Below are positions 9,815 through 18,782 of a stretch of 64,000 nucleotides of DNA, in pieces (positions within the stretch are counted from its first letter, which is position 1; each line of letters begins with the position of its first letter). The position numbers and the translations under genes are program-made. Where the stretch lies: the NCBI GenBank assembly GCA_964411255.1, contig CAYPKD010000003.1, positions 92,439 to 156,438 of the forward strand. The letters run 5' to 3'. The notes below the pieces were generated by a model that did no database searches, had not been told where the DNA came from, and saw only the letters and a program-made list of their open reading frames with translations. Source of the DNA: an uncultured Gammaproteobacteria bacterium. GTDB lineage: Bacteria > Patescibacteriota > Patescibacteriia > UBA11705 > DATKZF01.

Positions 9815-10438
9815 ATGTATACCATGACCCGTTTTCCTAATCAGCAGGAAGATGAAAATATATTAATTTTTTTACGCAGACATTGGATTGTTGTTTTCAA
9901 GTTTTTTATTTTATTTGTATTATTAGTTGTTTTTGTTTTAGTCCTGGATGTGGCAACTTATTATTTTACAAATATTTGGGAAGGCCAAATTAGTTATTCT
10001 CTTATTATTTTAGGAAACAGCGCGTATTTTCTGTTTGTTATGCTGTTTACTTTTGCCAACTTTGTAGATTATTATTTAGATGTCTGGATCGTGACGAATA
10101 AAAGAATTCTAAATATTGAGCAAAAAGGACTTTTTTCCAGGGTGGTCTCTGAAAAAGAAATAGTTCGAATGCAGGACGTCACTTCAGAGGTGCATGGATT
10201 TTTAGCCACATTTTTTAATTATGGAAATATATATATTCAAACTGCAGGAACAAAAGGAAGATTTATTTTTAAACAAGTGCCAGATGCTGCCAGTGTTGCT
10301 CAGGAAATTAGTAATTTGGTTACAAAGACACGAGAATCGCAACCCCAGCAAAAACCTGTATACACAGAGGAAAAAGAATCAGTGGTTTTAGAAAAAGAAA
10401 AAAAGCCCAGCGTTGAACAAATTGGGAAAGAAGAATAA
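9815..10438 (+). CDS. Membrane protein with bacterial PH-like (bPH_2/DUF304-like) domain
   Basis: 207 aa. ENILIFLRRHWIVVFKF plus two TM helices followed by a soluble domain, which is YdbS/YdbT-like architecture. Confidence 0.4.
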   Translation: MYTMTRFPNQQEDENILIFLRRHWIVVFKFFILFVLLVVFVLVLDVATYYFTNIWEGQISYSLIILGNSAYFLFVMLFTFANFVDYYLDVWIVTNKRILNIEQKGLFSRVVSEKEIVRMQDVTSEVHGFLATFFNYGNIYIQTAGTKGRFIFKQVPDAASVAQEISNLVTKTRESQPQQKPVYTEEKESVVLEKEKKPSVEQIGKEE

Positions 10439-10464
10439 ATTTATTTTTTATATTCAATGATAAT

Positions 10465-10489
10465 AAAAAACCGCTACGCGCGGTTTTTT
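10465..10489. terminator. Bidirectional intrinsic terminator between convergent genes
   Basis: aaaaaaccgc-tacgc-gcggtttttt. Confidence 0.6.
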
Positions 10490-10586
10490 GGATTTATTAA
10501 ATTTAATTGTAATTGTTATTTTGATGAAAAATTCTGGTGAAATCAAGGTAAATATGACTTGGAATTTTTAACTCCTTGTTTTGATA

Positions 10587-12260
10587 TTACCAGACTTTTT
10601 CTAAATTAATACCAGTATAATAATACTTTAGTATTTGATCATAAGATGCCCCGCCTTCGTCCTCATTCGCCCTATGATAGGCGTCAGTGGCATCAATACC
10701 CACTCCATGACCCCAGAGCTCTTTTCCTTCGTTGTATGGGCAGGGAACAGAAACTAAATATGGGACGTGATTATACCAAACTTCTTCAAAGCTTCTGGTG
10801 CGGCCATCGCTTCGAGAAAAATATGCGGCTACAATCGGCTTGCCATCATAAGTAGCGATAATACCGTTTGTTTGGTCCACTGCACCCTGCAGATCTCTCA
10901 TTATTTCTTGAGAGGCATAGCCTTTATATACCTGATCATAAGTAGCGTCAACATGAAAATATTCATGAGCATGTTTTGTGCCTTTGGAATAATGATAGTA
11001 AGCATATGTTCTGGCAGCAACTGTCATTGTTTTCAAATATTCAATTGGCGAACCATTGCTGGTTTCAGCAATGCCGCGCAAATAATTTTCCATGTAAATT
11101 TCTTCAATTAACCATGTTCTTTCCCTTGATTCATTATAGCGAACCTCTAAGTTACCTGAAAAATTATTCCAATTAATTGCAGGATTCCAAGTTGGACGAC
11201 GGTCATAATTTACTATTTCCCAGATTCCATTATTTGTATTTTTTAATTTTAAATAATAGGTATGATTTGTCGGCGTTCCTGCTCTTTTATATTGATAAGT
11301 AGATAATTCCTCAATATAGTCAACGGTAATCACTTCATTTGCTGGAACACTGATAAGTAAAGAATTGTTTGCATCTAAAAGTTGCCAGGATTTTGTATTT
11401 TTTATTTGAAAATTATCTTCAGAATGATATAAACCTACGCGAAGAAGTGGCCCGTTTGAATTTCTTTGCGGAATGCAATTAGTAGAACCTGAGACTGAAG
11501 AAGTATTATCAATATATGGACAAGAAGTGACAGTAGGGGGTGGAGTTGGTACAGGAGCTGGATTAGGCCTTGGTGTTGGTGTCGGCGCTGGTGTTGGTGC
11601 TGGTGCCGGAGTTGGTGTAGGTGCAGGCGCTGAAGACTTTTCAGGATCATCAGTTACTTCCATTGAAATTGAAACCTCACCGTTTTGAATCATTATATTG
11701 TCATCAGCTAAAACAAAATTTCCAGAATAAGTACCATAATTTGGCGGAGATTCTACAGCAAATTTAAATGTTGCTTCCTGGCCTGGCCAGACAACGTCTT
11801 GTTCCAGACTTCCAGGATGATATGGATCTGGCCAATAATCATGATGGAATTTTAGGCCAGTGCTTAATGATTTTAAGTATACTTTACCTTTATTCCATGC
11901 TTTTGTACCAGTATTTTTAAATTTAACAATAAAAGTAAAGCCTTTATTTGGAATAATATTGACATGTTTATGAGATTGAACTAAAAAAGCTGCCTGATTA
12001 TTATTTTCAGCAGCTAAAGCAACTGTAGTATGAAAAGGGTTTAATTGATTTTTTGTTTTTATTTGATTAAGAGAATTAATAACATTATCTTCAATAAATC
12101 TCATGCCAAAACTGCAAAGAGCCACAATAACAAAAGAAAGAAGCAGACTCATGGTAAAATGTGTTCCTTTTTTTGTTTTTGGAAGCTTATTTTCACAATT
12201 TTTTTTAGAATTTAAGGCATTATGAAAATAAGACAAATGATTTTTGTTTTGGTCTTGCAT
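10587..12260 (-). CDS. SpoIID/LytB-domain cell-wall protein with N-terminal membrane anchor and Pro/Thr/Ala-rich linker
   Basis: The C-terminal YLRGIAETSNGSPIEYLKTMTVAARTYAYYH matches the SpoIID/LytB amidase-enhancer domain. A PAPTPTPAPAPTPAPTPTP low-complexity linker is encoded around 11530-11640. The start codon is uncertain and may be an internal Met at the MSLLLSF anchor. Confidence 0.7.
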   Translation of the reverse strand: MQDQNKNHLSYFHNALNSKKNCENKLPKTKKGTHFTMSLLLSFVIVALCSFGMRFIEDNVINSLNQIKTKNQLNPFHTTVALAAENNNQAAFLVQSHKHVNIIPNKGFTFIVKFKNTGTKAWNKGKVYLKSLSTGLKFHHDYWPDPYHPGSLEQDVVWPGQEATFKFAVESPPNYGTYSGNFVLADDNIMIQNGEVSISMEVTDDPEKSSAPAPTPTPAPAPTPAPTPTPRPNPAPVPTPPPTVTSCPYIDNTSSVSGSTNCIPQRNSNGPLLRVGLYHSEDNFQIKNTKSWQLLDANNSLLISVPANEVITVDYIEELSTYQYKRAGTPTNHTYYLKLKNTNNGIWEIVNYDRRPTWNPAINWNNFSGNLEVRYNESRERTWLIEEIYMENYLRGIAETSNGSPIEYLKTMTVAARTYAYYHYSKGTKHAHEYFHVDATYDQVYKGYASQEIMRDLQGAVDQTNGIIATYDGKPIVAAYFSRSDGRTRSFEEVWYNHVPYLVSVPCPYNEGKELWGHGVGIDATDAYHRANEDEGGASYDQILKYYYTGINLEKVW

Positions 12261-12398
12261 ATTTGTTTTACTATTACTATTGTATCATTTATTTTTAATT
12301 TTGTCAATAGTTTTTATGCTAAATTTAGCTAAAAAAACAATTTATTCAATTGACTTTTCCGAATAATATTGTAAAATTAATTTTTTTAAAATGAAAAT

Positions 12399-12415
12399 TC
12401 CCGCTCGTGGGCGGA
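12399..12415 (-). terminator. Intrinsic terminator (family A) after the 12421 gene
   Basis: tcccgctcgtgggcgga hairpin preceded by an A tract on the plus strand, which is a T tract for the minus-strand transcript. Confidence 0.5.
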
Positions 12416-12420
12416 AATGT

Positions 12421-12750
12421 TTAACTTGCTATTCGAACCAATGCCACTGCCAGGAAGTAGAATATTATAATTGCTATAATAATGCCTATAATCTGAATTA
12501 TCCTATATATTTTTCTTTTTTCTAAAAGTCTATTTTTAACATCTGTTCTTATTTCATAATATGGATGGTAAAAATCACGAAAAGCCACTGTTCTATGATT
12601 ACATACTGGACAAATAAAAGTAATATCTATATTGGAAGTTCCTTTTTGTTTAGTTGTCTTTAAATTATTTTCATAAATTCTAATTACAGATAAGCAAAAA
12701 TGGCATTGTGAATACATACTCCAAGGTCCTGGGGTGCTTATGACCTCCAT
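12421..12750 (-). CDS. Small zinc-ribbon protein with C-terminal TM helix
   Basis: 109 aa. CHFC...CPVC cysteine pairs and a hydrophobic IIGIIIAIIIFYFLAVALV tail. Confidence 0.45.
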   Translation of the reverse strand: MEVISTPGPWSMYSQCHFCLSVIRIYENNLKTTKQKGTSNIDITFICPVCNHRTVAFRDFYHPYYEIRTDVKNRLLEKRKIYRIIQIIGIIIAIIIFYFLAVALVRIAS

Positions 12751-12828
12751 CAGTACCTCCGTTTGAATAATATAAAGAACAACCTATTTTTAGGTTAACA
12801 AAAAGAGGATTTTTGTCAAATAAAAAAA

Positions 12829-12846
12829 TTCCACGCGTGGGTGGAA
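12829..12846 (-). terminator. Intrinsic terminator (family A)
   Basis: ttccacgcgtgggtggaa hairpin plus A tract (T tract on minus strand), right after the stop of the 12853 gene. Confidence 0.5.
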
Positions 12847-12852
12847 TAACAA

Positions 12853-13176
12853 TTAAATCGATGCTTTAACAGATGCCTCGACTATATCGCTTATGTCCTT
12901 GCCGGTCAATCTATTAAAAAAAGCTTTGATATTTTGATTGTGTTCGGTCAATCTTGAATTATGAATTTCACAGACAGTCTGTACCAGCCCCCCAGTATGC
13001 ATGCATGCAGTACAATTTTTAAGATGTTCCAGAGCATCAGTCATAAGTTGTTCGTTAAAATTTGCTATACCCAAAGCTGCCGCTGCAAGAATCATTGCTT
13101 TTTCAAGGTCAGTGCAGCCTAATTGCTCAACAATTTTTGAATAAACAACCAAATATTGTTTTGATTTTTCATCCAT
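12853..13176 (-). CDS. Hypothetical protein
   Basis: 107 aa with a Cys-containing CTACMHTGG motif and no confident family. Confidence 0.45.
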   Translation of the reverse strand: MDEKSKQYLVVYSKIVEQLGCTDLEKAMILAAAALGIANFNEQLMTDALEHLKNCTACMHTGGLVQTVCEIHNSRLTEHNQNIKAFFNRLTGKDISDIVEASVKASI

Positions 13177-13249
13177 TGTTACCTCCCTTCCTAGTTGATT
13201 TAGGCGATATTTAATATTAACTGACTATAAATCTTTTGTCAAAAAAAAT

Positions 13250-13264
13250 TCCGCAGGATGCGGA
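13250..13264 (-). terminator. Intrinsic terminator (family A)
   Basis: tccgcaggatgcgga hairpin plus a run of 8 A (8 T on the minus strand), directly after the GIY-YIG gene stop. Confidence 0.55.
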
Positions 13265-13284
13265 TTTTATTAATTGAGAAATGG

Positions 13285-13533
13285 TTAATGACTAGATTTA
13301 ACCAGATTTTCTTTTTCAATTTTCGTTAAACGTTTTATTTGCGCTTCTCTTTTCTGTGCTTCTGATCGGCTGTTAAATTTTTCAAAATAAACAATTTTTA
13401 CAGGTCTTCTATATTTTGTATATTTAGCTCCTTCGCCTTTATTATGCTTTTCTTCTCTAGCTTTAATATTTATACAAGATCCTGTGTATAACGAATTGTC
13501 ATTACATCGGGCAATGTATGTGAAGTATTTCAT
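13285..13533 (-). CDS. GIY-YIG nuclease superfamily protein (UPF0213/YhbQ-like)
   Basis: 82 aa. YIARCNDNSLYTGSCINIKAREEKHNKGEGAKYTKYRRPVKIVYFEKFNSRSEAQKRE matches the small GIY-YIG domain pattern. Confidence 0.75.
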   Translation of the reverse strand: MKYFTYIARCNDNSLYTGSCINIKAREEKHNKGEGAKYTKYRRPVKIVYFEKFNSRSEAQKREAQIKRLTKIEKENLVKSSH

Positions 13534-13614
13534 TTTAATATATAAAAGATTTAATTAATTTGTATCACTATTTATGGCTGTGCTATTCGAAGTTCGCCAA
13601 AGGCGAACGAAGAA

Positions 13615-13690
13615 TGGTGGACCTGACTGGACTTGAACCAGCGACCTCCTCCATGCCATGGAGGCGCTCTACCAACTAAGCTACAGGCCC
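13615..13690 (-). tRNA. tRNA-Ala(GGC) with G3:U70 identity pair
   Basis: Hand fold: GGGCCTG acceptor with G3-T70, anticodon loop ATGGCAT, T-arm GTCGC-TGGTTCAAGTCC region, discriminator A, CCA. Confidence 0.8.
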
Positions 13691-13757
13691 GGAAAAAAAT
13701 CAAAAATGAAAAAGTAAAAATTAAAAATTATGGAAACTCATTTCGTGGGCCTTTGAT

Positions 13758-14684
13758 TTATTTATATATATCATTTTCAATATTTTTGCGTGTTTTTTTC
13801 AAACTTTTTATAGCTTTCTTTGACAATATATTATCTGGCATTTCGATTTGCGCACTACAGCTCAAAAGAAATAGATTTTTCATTTCCTCATATTGTTCCT
13901 CACCTTCTGGCAGCTTATTTTTATATTGAAATGCCTTGGCTAAAGTTTGATATGAGCCAACGATATCCTCATCAGCGATTCTTCTTTCAAAAATATCAGG
14001 AATTGATTGGATTTCAGAGGTTTTCATTATTGTAGAAAATCTTTCCTGGTCTTTTTTAGAAATTTCCTTGGATTTCATAATAAGTTCAGGACCAGTAACA
14101 AAATCAAAAGAATCTGATTCTACGTTTGATTTTAATACTTGCAATTCTACCCGGTATTCTAAAGCTATATTCTCTTTTTTCATTAATGTATCAATATAAC
14201 CGATAAATTTAGTTTTCATTGCCTCGTATTCTGGAAGATTTTCAGTATGAGCTCTTTCTAAATGCCCGCTGGCAGCGGCAATCATACCGTGTTTTATTGA
14301 ATTTTCAAATAAATCGTGAGTAACTTCAGTAAGCACTTTTTTAAAATAATCTTCAGTAGTTATTTCTGTTTTTATTGGTTCTTTTTCAGCTGTAGTTTTT
14401 TTCTTTTCTGCAATTTTTTCAGGACGGGCAGCAACAGTTTTTTCTACACCGGTTATTTTTCCAGAAGCTTGGGTTTGGGCTGTACCTAATTTTTCAGTTT
14501 CCATTTCATCATACGCTTCTTTTGCAGCCTCAACCTGTGCAGGAGTGACCTGAGTTTCAAGGCCAGATACTTTCCAGCCTTTTTCTTTTTTGGGTTTTGC
14601 CTGTCTCTTTTTGAGTTTTTCTGGAGAGTCAGGAACGGATATTTGCGTTTTTTCAGGTTTTTGTTGCTCCGGTCTAAATACCAT
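13758..14684 (-). CDS. Hypothetical Lys/Glu-rich protein; the track ORF 13758..14933 is trimmed to the first ATG not overlapping tRNA-Lys
   Basis: The longest ORF runs through tRNA-Lys. The internal ATG at 14684 (MVFRPEQQKPEK...) gives a 308-aa product clear of the tRNA. No motif recognised. Confidence 0.45.
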   Translation of the reverse strand: MVFRPEQQKPEKTQISVPDSPEKLKKRQAKPKKEKGWKVSGLETQVTPAQVEAAKEAYDEMETEKLGTAQTQASGKITGVEKTVAARPEKIAEKKKTTAEKEPIKTEITTEDYFKKVLTEVTHDLFENSIKHGMIAAASGHLERAHTENLPEYEAMKTKFIGYIDTLMKKENIALEYRVELQVLKSNVESDSFDFVTGPELIMKSKEISKKDQERFSTIMKTSEIQSIPDIFERRIADEDIVGSYQTLAKAFQYKNKLPEGEEQYEEMKNLFLLSCSAQIEMPDNILSKKAIKSLKKTRKNIENDIYK

Positions 14685-14761
14685 ATTTTTTAAAATTAAA
14701 TGTAATAAAGGTCTGCCATCCGAAGCCCGACCTTGAATTTGTCGAGAGGGAGAGCGAAGGA

Positions 14762-14836
14762 TGGTGGGTCGTGAAGGACTCGAACCTTCAACCAATGGCT
14801 TAAGAGGCCACTGCTCTACCATTGAGCTAACGACCC
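14762..14836 (-). tRNA. tRNA-Lys(CUU)
   Basis: Hand fold: GGGTCGT acceptor, anticodon stem GTGGC/GCCAT with loop CTCTTAA, T-arm GAAGG-TTCGAGT-CCTTC, discriminator A, CCA. Confidence 0.85.
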
Positions 14837-14878
14837 TTGGTATGAAATAATAAATAACAAAATCCAAAAGAATATTTA

Positions 14879-14929
14879 TGGCCTGCCATTTGAAGCTCCG
14901 AATATTGTGAGGAGCGAAGAATGGCGCAG
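14879..14929 (-). repeat. Conserved tRNA 3'-trailer element (copy 3)
   Basis: tggcctgccatttgaagctccgaatattgtgaggagcgaagaatggcgcag shares gagcgaag and ccgaagctccgaa modules with the other copies. Confidence 0.55.
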
Positions 14930-14958
14930 TCATGAACCATTCACTTTATTTGGATTCA

Positions 14959-15035
14959 TGGCGCAGCCGGAGGGACTCGAACCCCCAACCCTCTGGTCCG
15001 AAGCCAGATGCTCTATCCAATTGAGCTACGGCTGC
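14959..15035 (-). tRNA. tRNA-Arg(UCG)
   Basis: Hand fold: GCAGCCG acceptor, anticodon stem TCTGG/CCAGA with loop CTTCGGA, T-arm GGGGG-TTCGAGT-CCCTC, discriminator G, CCA. Confidence 0.85.
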
Positions 15036-15068
15036 ATGTTGCATATTAAACGAATTGTAAATTTTTTT

Positions 15069-15230
15069 CCCAACCCTCTGGTTCGAAGCCAGATGTCCCG
15101 ATTTTTAGAGCCGCTAATCAGCTTAATAATCGAGGATTCTCGAAATTGTAACAAAATCATAAATTTTGACAATTTCGGGACTCTATCCAATTGAGCCCTA
15201 CCCTGAGCGAAGTCGAAGGGTGCGGCTGCA
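15069..15230 (-). pseudogene. Fragmented tRNA-Arg(UCG)-like copy with two hairpin insertions and truncated T-arm/acceptor
   Basis: The reverse strand reads GCAGCCG, then a 26-nt insert, then GCTCAATTGGATAGAG, then an insert of roughly 85 nt bounded by TCCCGA...TCGGGA, then CATCTGGCTTCGAACCAGAGGGTTGGG, then an A tract. It matches the 5' two-thirds of the adjacent intact tRNA-Arg but lacks its 3' part. Confidence 0.5.
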
Positions 15231-15340
15231 TAAGAAAGTTATTGGTGTCACTTTAGGATAATCTTGTATAGATAATTGTTGCAAAAAAATCCTGTAAATA
15301 AAACTTAAGCAAAGCTGCCTAAGTTTTATTTATTTTTATA

Positions 15341-16033
15341 TTAGCTCCACTTTTTCTTTTTTATAGCCTTCTCAGCGGCTATTTCCTGAGCTTCCTGCTT
15401 ACTTAATCCTGATCCTTTAGTTACCAATTCTTTTCCCAAATAAACACCTACTTCAAATATTTTAGCATGGTCTGGACCGCTTTCTTTTGATACTTTGTAT
15501 GTTGGTGTAATACCCACTTTTTCCTGGGCAGCTTCCTGGAATTTACTTTTTGGATCCAGATATAGTTGATGTTTCAGAATATATGGCAATTCTGGCAAAA
15601 GTTTTTTTTCTAAAAATTCTTTTGAGGCCTGCCATCCCTGATCCAAATATATTGAGCCAATTAATGATTCAAAGGCATTAGCCAAAATGTACTGGCGCGC
15701 TTTTCCAATATCCTTTGATTCACCTTTGCTTAAATATAAATAAGTTTCAAGGCCAATTCGCTGCGCCAGTTTAGCTAACATTTTACTATTGACTAAACTT
15801 GCCCGCCAATTAGTTAATTCGCCTTCTGGGTTTTCATAATTAAGATAAAGATGTTCAGTCACAACTAATTCAAGGACTGCATCTCCCAAAAATTCCAGCC
15901 TTTCATTATGTCCCAGATGGAAATCAGGATGTTCATTTAAGTAAGAACGATGGACTAGTGCTTGTTCCAGTAAGTCCATGTTTTCAAATTTAACCCCTAT
16001 TTTCTTTTCTAATTTTGAAAAATCTTTTTTCAT
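15341..16033 (-). CDS. rnc: Ribonuclease III
   Basis: 230 aa with the ERLEFLGDAVLELVVTEHLY RNase III signature and a C-terminal dsRBD. Confidence 0.9.
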   Translation of the reverse strand: MKKDFSKLEKKIGVKFENMDLLEQALVHRSYLNEHPDFHLGHNERLEFLGDAVLELVVTEHLYLNYENPEGELTNWRASLVNSKMLAKLAQRIGLETYLYLSKGESKDIGKARQYILANAFESLIGSIYLDQGWQASKEFLEKKLLPELPYILKHQLYLDPKSKFQEAAQEKVGITPTYKVSKESGPDHAKIFEVGVYLGKELVTKGSGLSKQEAQEIAAEKAIKKKKWS

Positions 16034-16040
16034 ACTGACA

Positions 16041-16080
16041 AAAACAGATCAACAGATCTGCAACAGATGAAACAGATAAT
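16041..16080 (-). promoter_or_regulatory. Conserved 40-nt ATCTGTT-heptamer element in the rnc 5' region (copy A)
   Basis: aaaaacagatcaacagatctgcaacagatgaaacagataat ends 7 nt upstream of the rnc ATG. A roughly 90% identical copy lies upstream of tig (60054-60096). Confidence 0.55.
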
Positions 16081-16121
16081 GCATTATCTGGAATATCTGT
16101 AGTAGGTCAATAGATCCGTAG

Positions 16122-16616
16122 TTACTTTTTCTTAGAGTCTTCGTTTTTTTTAGTTTCTTCCGCTTTTACTTTAATTTGTTCTTTATCTTCTGTTTTTATT
16201 ACTTCACCCATGTCTTTATAAATTGAACCTAAAACACCGTTAATAAATTTTCCAGATGATTCGCCACCAAAAGTTTTACCAATTTCTATGGCTTCATTAA
16301 TTGCTACTTTAGCAGGAACATCCTTGTCAAAAACTAATTCATATATGCCGATTCTAAGAATGTTTCGATCAATAGTCGTTATTTGTTCGATTGGCCATTC
16401 TGGGGCATATTTTACAATATGCTCATCAATTTTTTTTATTTTTTTGATTACGCCGTCAATAATTTTTTCAGTAAAGGATTTATCTTTAACCGTTGGAGCA
16501 AATTCTTTAAAATTGTAATCAATAAATTTAGGCAAATCTTTTGTGTTTTTGCCAAGAAAATCCCACTGAAATAATGTTTGCATTGCAATGGTCCTGGCAA
16601 GGTGTCTATTAGCCAT
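16122..16616 (-). CDS. nusB: Transcription antitermination factor NusB
   Basis: 164 aa with the [20 protein letters not shown] NusB N-terminus. Confidence 0.85.
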   Translation of the reverse strand: MANRHLARTIAMQTLFQWDFLGKNTKDLPKFIDYNFKEFAPTVKDKSFTEKIIDGVIKKIKKIDEHIVKYAPEWPIEQITTIDRNILRIGIYELVFDKDVPAKVAINEAIEIGKTFGGESSGKFINGVLGSIYKDMGEVIKTEDKEQIKVKAEETKKNEDSKKK

Positions 16617-16746
16617 AAATTGTTCATTTTTAGGTTCAAATATAAAATGGACTTATCAATATTTTACTATATTTTATTGGTTTTGGCAAGCCCTGAGTTT
16701 AAAAATAAAAAATCCCTTTATTTTTAGGGATTTTTTATAAACGTGA

Positions 16747-17409
16747 TTATTGAGTCATTAAACTTAAGGTAAATCTAATTTGATCATCCTGACTAAAGAT
16801 AATAATGGTAGCATTTTTATTGTCTTTAGAATAGCTTAATGAAGTGGTTTCATCTGTTTCATATTCTGAAATCTTTTTCCAGCCAGAGTCTTCCATTTCA
16901 TTAAGATAAAAGCCTTTAACATCATCTTTTGACTTGTTCGTAGTAAAAGTACCGCCAATGCCAAGTTCTGCCATTTCATTTAAAGTAACCATTTTTGCTG
17001 AATCCATAATAGGTATTGCGTTTTTTAATTCTTTTGGTACATCAATACCTGATTCATCTGTTTTGACTTTAAATTCTCCTTCCTGCCCTTCTTCATCTGT
17101 AAATTTCATTTTGAATGTTCCTTCTTCATCACCATCAATATCAAATTCTATTTCACCTTCCCCATCTTCGCCTTTTATCTTTATGGTGTCTCCGCTTTTA
17201 TCAATATCAATATTTGTTCCGGTTTGAGATTCAATCATTCTTTCTAAAGCAGTTTCTGTTACATTATTGACTACAGCCCGATAAATAAAATAGCCGATCA
17301 AGGCAACAATAATAATAGCCACAATTACAACCACAATAATAATGGTTGAATTTGATTTTTTAGGAGAGCTTGGGCTTGGGGGTGGTGTTGGTTGTGTTTG
17401 ATTTTCCAT
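16747..17409 (-). CDS. Hypothetical membrane-anchored acidic protein
   Basis: 220 aa with a Pro-rich N-terminus, one TM helix and a D/E-rich ectodomain. Confidence 0.45.
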   Translation of the reverse strand: MENQTQPTPPPSPSSPKKSNSTIIIVVVIVAIIIVALIGYFIYRAVVNNVTETALERMIESQTGTNIDIDKSGDTIKIKGEDGEGEIEFDIDGDEEGTFKMKFTDEEGQEGEFKVKTDESGIDVPKELKNAIPIMDSAKMVTLNEMAELGIGGTFTTNKSKDDVKGFYLNEMEDSGWKKISEYETDETTSLSYSKDNKNATIIIFSQDDQIRFTLSLMTQ

Positions 17410-17474
17410 AAATAAATTCTTTATGAGTAAGTTGTGTTTAGTATAGTCAATTTTAATAGTTTGTAAATATTATA

Positions 17475-18185
17475 CTATTTTGCCATTGCTTTTTTCTTCA
17501 ATGATACGGGCATTTTTTCAATTGCATAACGTAAAGCTGTTCTGGGCATTTTGTGTTTTCGTAGCATTACAAAATTAAAAATATCTTTTTGGTAATGGTT
17601 GGCAGCTTCCTTTAACATCCAGCCATACCCTTTTTGAACTAAGTCATCCTTGTCAAGCAAAAGAATGTCAGCAATTTGAAAAACATCTTTTAAATATTTT
17701 TTGTTTTGTTTTATCAGCGGAATCATTATCACTGCTGATGCCCGACGAACCCAGCGATTTTTTGACTTGGTCCATTGCTTTATGATTTTTAAATATTCCG
17801 GATATTTTATGATTAAATGCCCAAAGGCATTGGTACAAAAAATATCACACATTGCCCAATTGGTAACATATTTTTTCAGCCATTGCTCAAAAATTTTATA
17901 ATCTTTTTTTTGATATTGCTTTGTAAGTCTTTTTGCCCAATCAAAAGCAATCATTGCTTCTTCATTATAATTTGATTGTAAAAGCTTTTCGCACAGGGTA
18001 AAGACTCGATGTTTTGGAAGTAATTTGATGGCCGCAAAATTGCCTGCGGCAATTTTGCGGACGATCGGAGCCCTCACTCCGTAAAGTTTTATTGGTTCAT
18101 TAAAAAAATTTTGTGAGCCTTTTTTATATTTAGGGTCAATGTTGGTTTTAAGCTCTTTTCTGATTTTAATAATTGTATTGTTCAT
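17475..18185 (-). CDS. DNA alkylation repair enzyme (AlkD-like HEAT-repeat glycosylase family)
   Basis: 236 aa. The overall pattern (WVRRASAVIMIPLIK, GYGWMLKEAANHY) matches the DNA_alkylation family. Confidence 0.65.
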   Translation of the reverse strand: MNNTIIKIRKELKTNIDPKYKKGSQNFFNEPIKLYGVRAPIVRKIAAGNFAAIKLLPKHRVFTLCEKLLQSNYNEEAMIAFDWAKRLTKQYQKKDYKIFEQWLKKYVTNWAMCDIFCTNAFGHLIIKYPEYLKIIKQWTKSKNRWVRRASAVIMIPLIKQNKKYLKDVFQIADILLLDKDDLVQKGYGWMLKEAANHYQKDIFNFVMLRKHKMPRTALRYAIEKMPVSLKKKAMAK

Positions 18186-18739
18186 AGCTTTTGATTTTCT
18201 AAAATCATATTTGGATAACCGCTTGATTTATATTCTGATTGATTAAGCTGTATCCCCAGTTCTTTTGCGAAGTCAAAGCAGGCTTGTCTGGTTTTTTTTG
18301 CGTTTCCAAAGTCTTTTTTTGCCTCTATTTCAATAAAGTTTCCGAGTTCTTTAATATTATCTAATACAATTTCAAAGTTTTCTACTTGGAAATATTTTCT
18401 GGTCTTGGTTACAGTTACTTTTAATTCATGCCCGAGCTGTTTTAGGAATTCCTCTGCGGTTTTGGGATCCTCAATATTAAATTCATATTCATCGGATGTT
18501 AACAGAACAGTTTTATTATCGTATTTTGCATCAGTGTAATTTAAGTGATGTTTATCATCTTCATACCTGATTCGTAAATATTTTGATACAGGTTTTATTT
18601 CAAACCAGTCTTGATTTTGTGGAACAAAATATTTATCAGTTTGTTTTCGTTCTTTAATAAATCGACCTTTTTCAAGAATTTTTTTCTCAATCTCATCTGG
18701 ATTGGAAATTTTAATTTTAATCTCTATTTCTTGATTCAT
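18182..18739 (-). CDS. CYTH-domain protein (CyaB/thiamine-triphosphatase-like)
   Basis: 185 aa with an N-terminal EIEIKIKI (ExExK) motif and a C-terminal IEIEAK motif. Confidence 0.7.
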   Translation of the reverse strand: MNQEIEIKIKISNPDEIEKKILEKGRFIKERKQTDKYFVPQNQDWFEIKPVSKYLRIRYEDDKHHLNYTDAKYDNKTVLLTSDEYEFNIEDPKTAEEFLKQLGHELKVTVTKTRKYFQVENFEIVLDNIKELGNFIEIEAKKDFGNAKKTRQACFDFAKELGIQLNQSEYKSSGYPNMILENQKL

Positions 18740-18782
18740 ATGTTTATATTGTAAAAGAGAGTTAAGATTTACTCAAGTCTTT

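Noticed and set aside
10646-11688. Short plus/minus ORFs overlapping the SpoIID-like gene (10646..10855, 10767..11111, 10976..11176, 11435..11650, 11473..11688)
   Set aside because: Shadow frames. The 11473..11688 Gly/Val/Ala-rich frame is the antisense of the Pro/Thr/Ala linker.
13633-15194. ORFs 13633..13929 (+), 13820..14035 (+), 14907..15194 (+) and the 5' part of 13758..14933 (-)
   Set aside because: They overlap tRNA-Ala, tRNA-Lys, tRNA-Arg or the tRNA-like fragment. The long minus ORF was trimmed to the first ATG downstream of tRNA-Lys.
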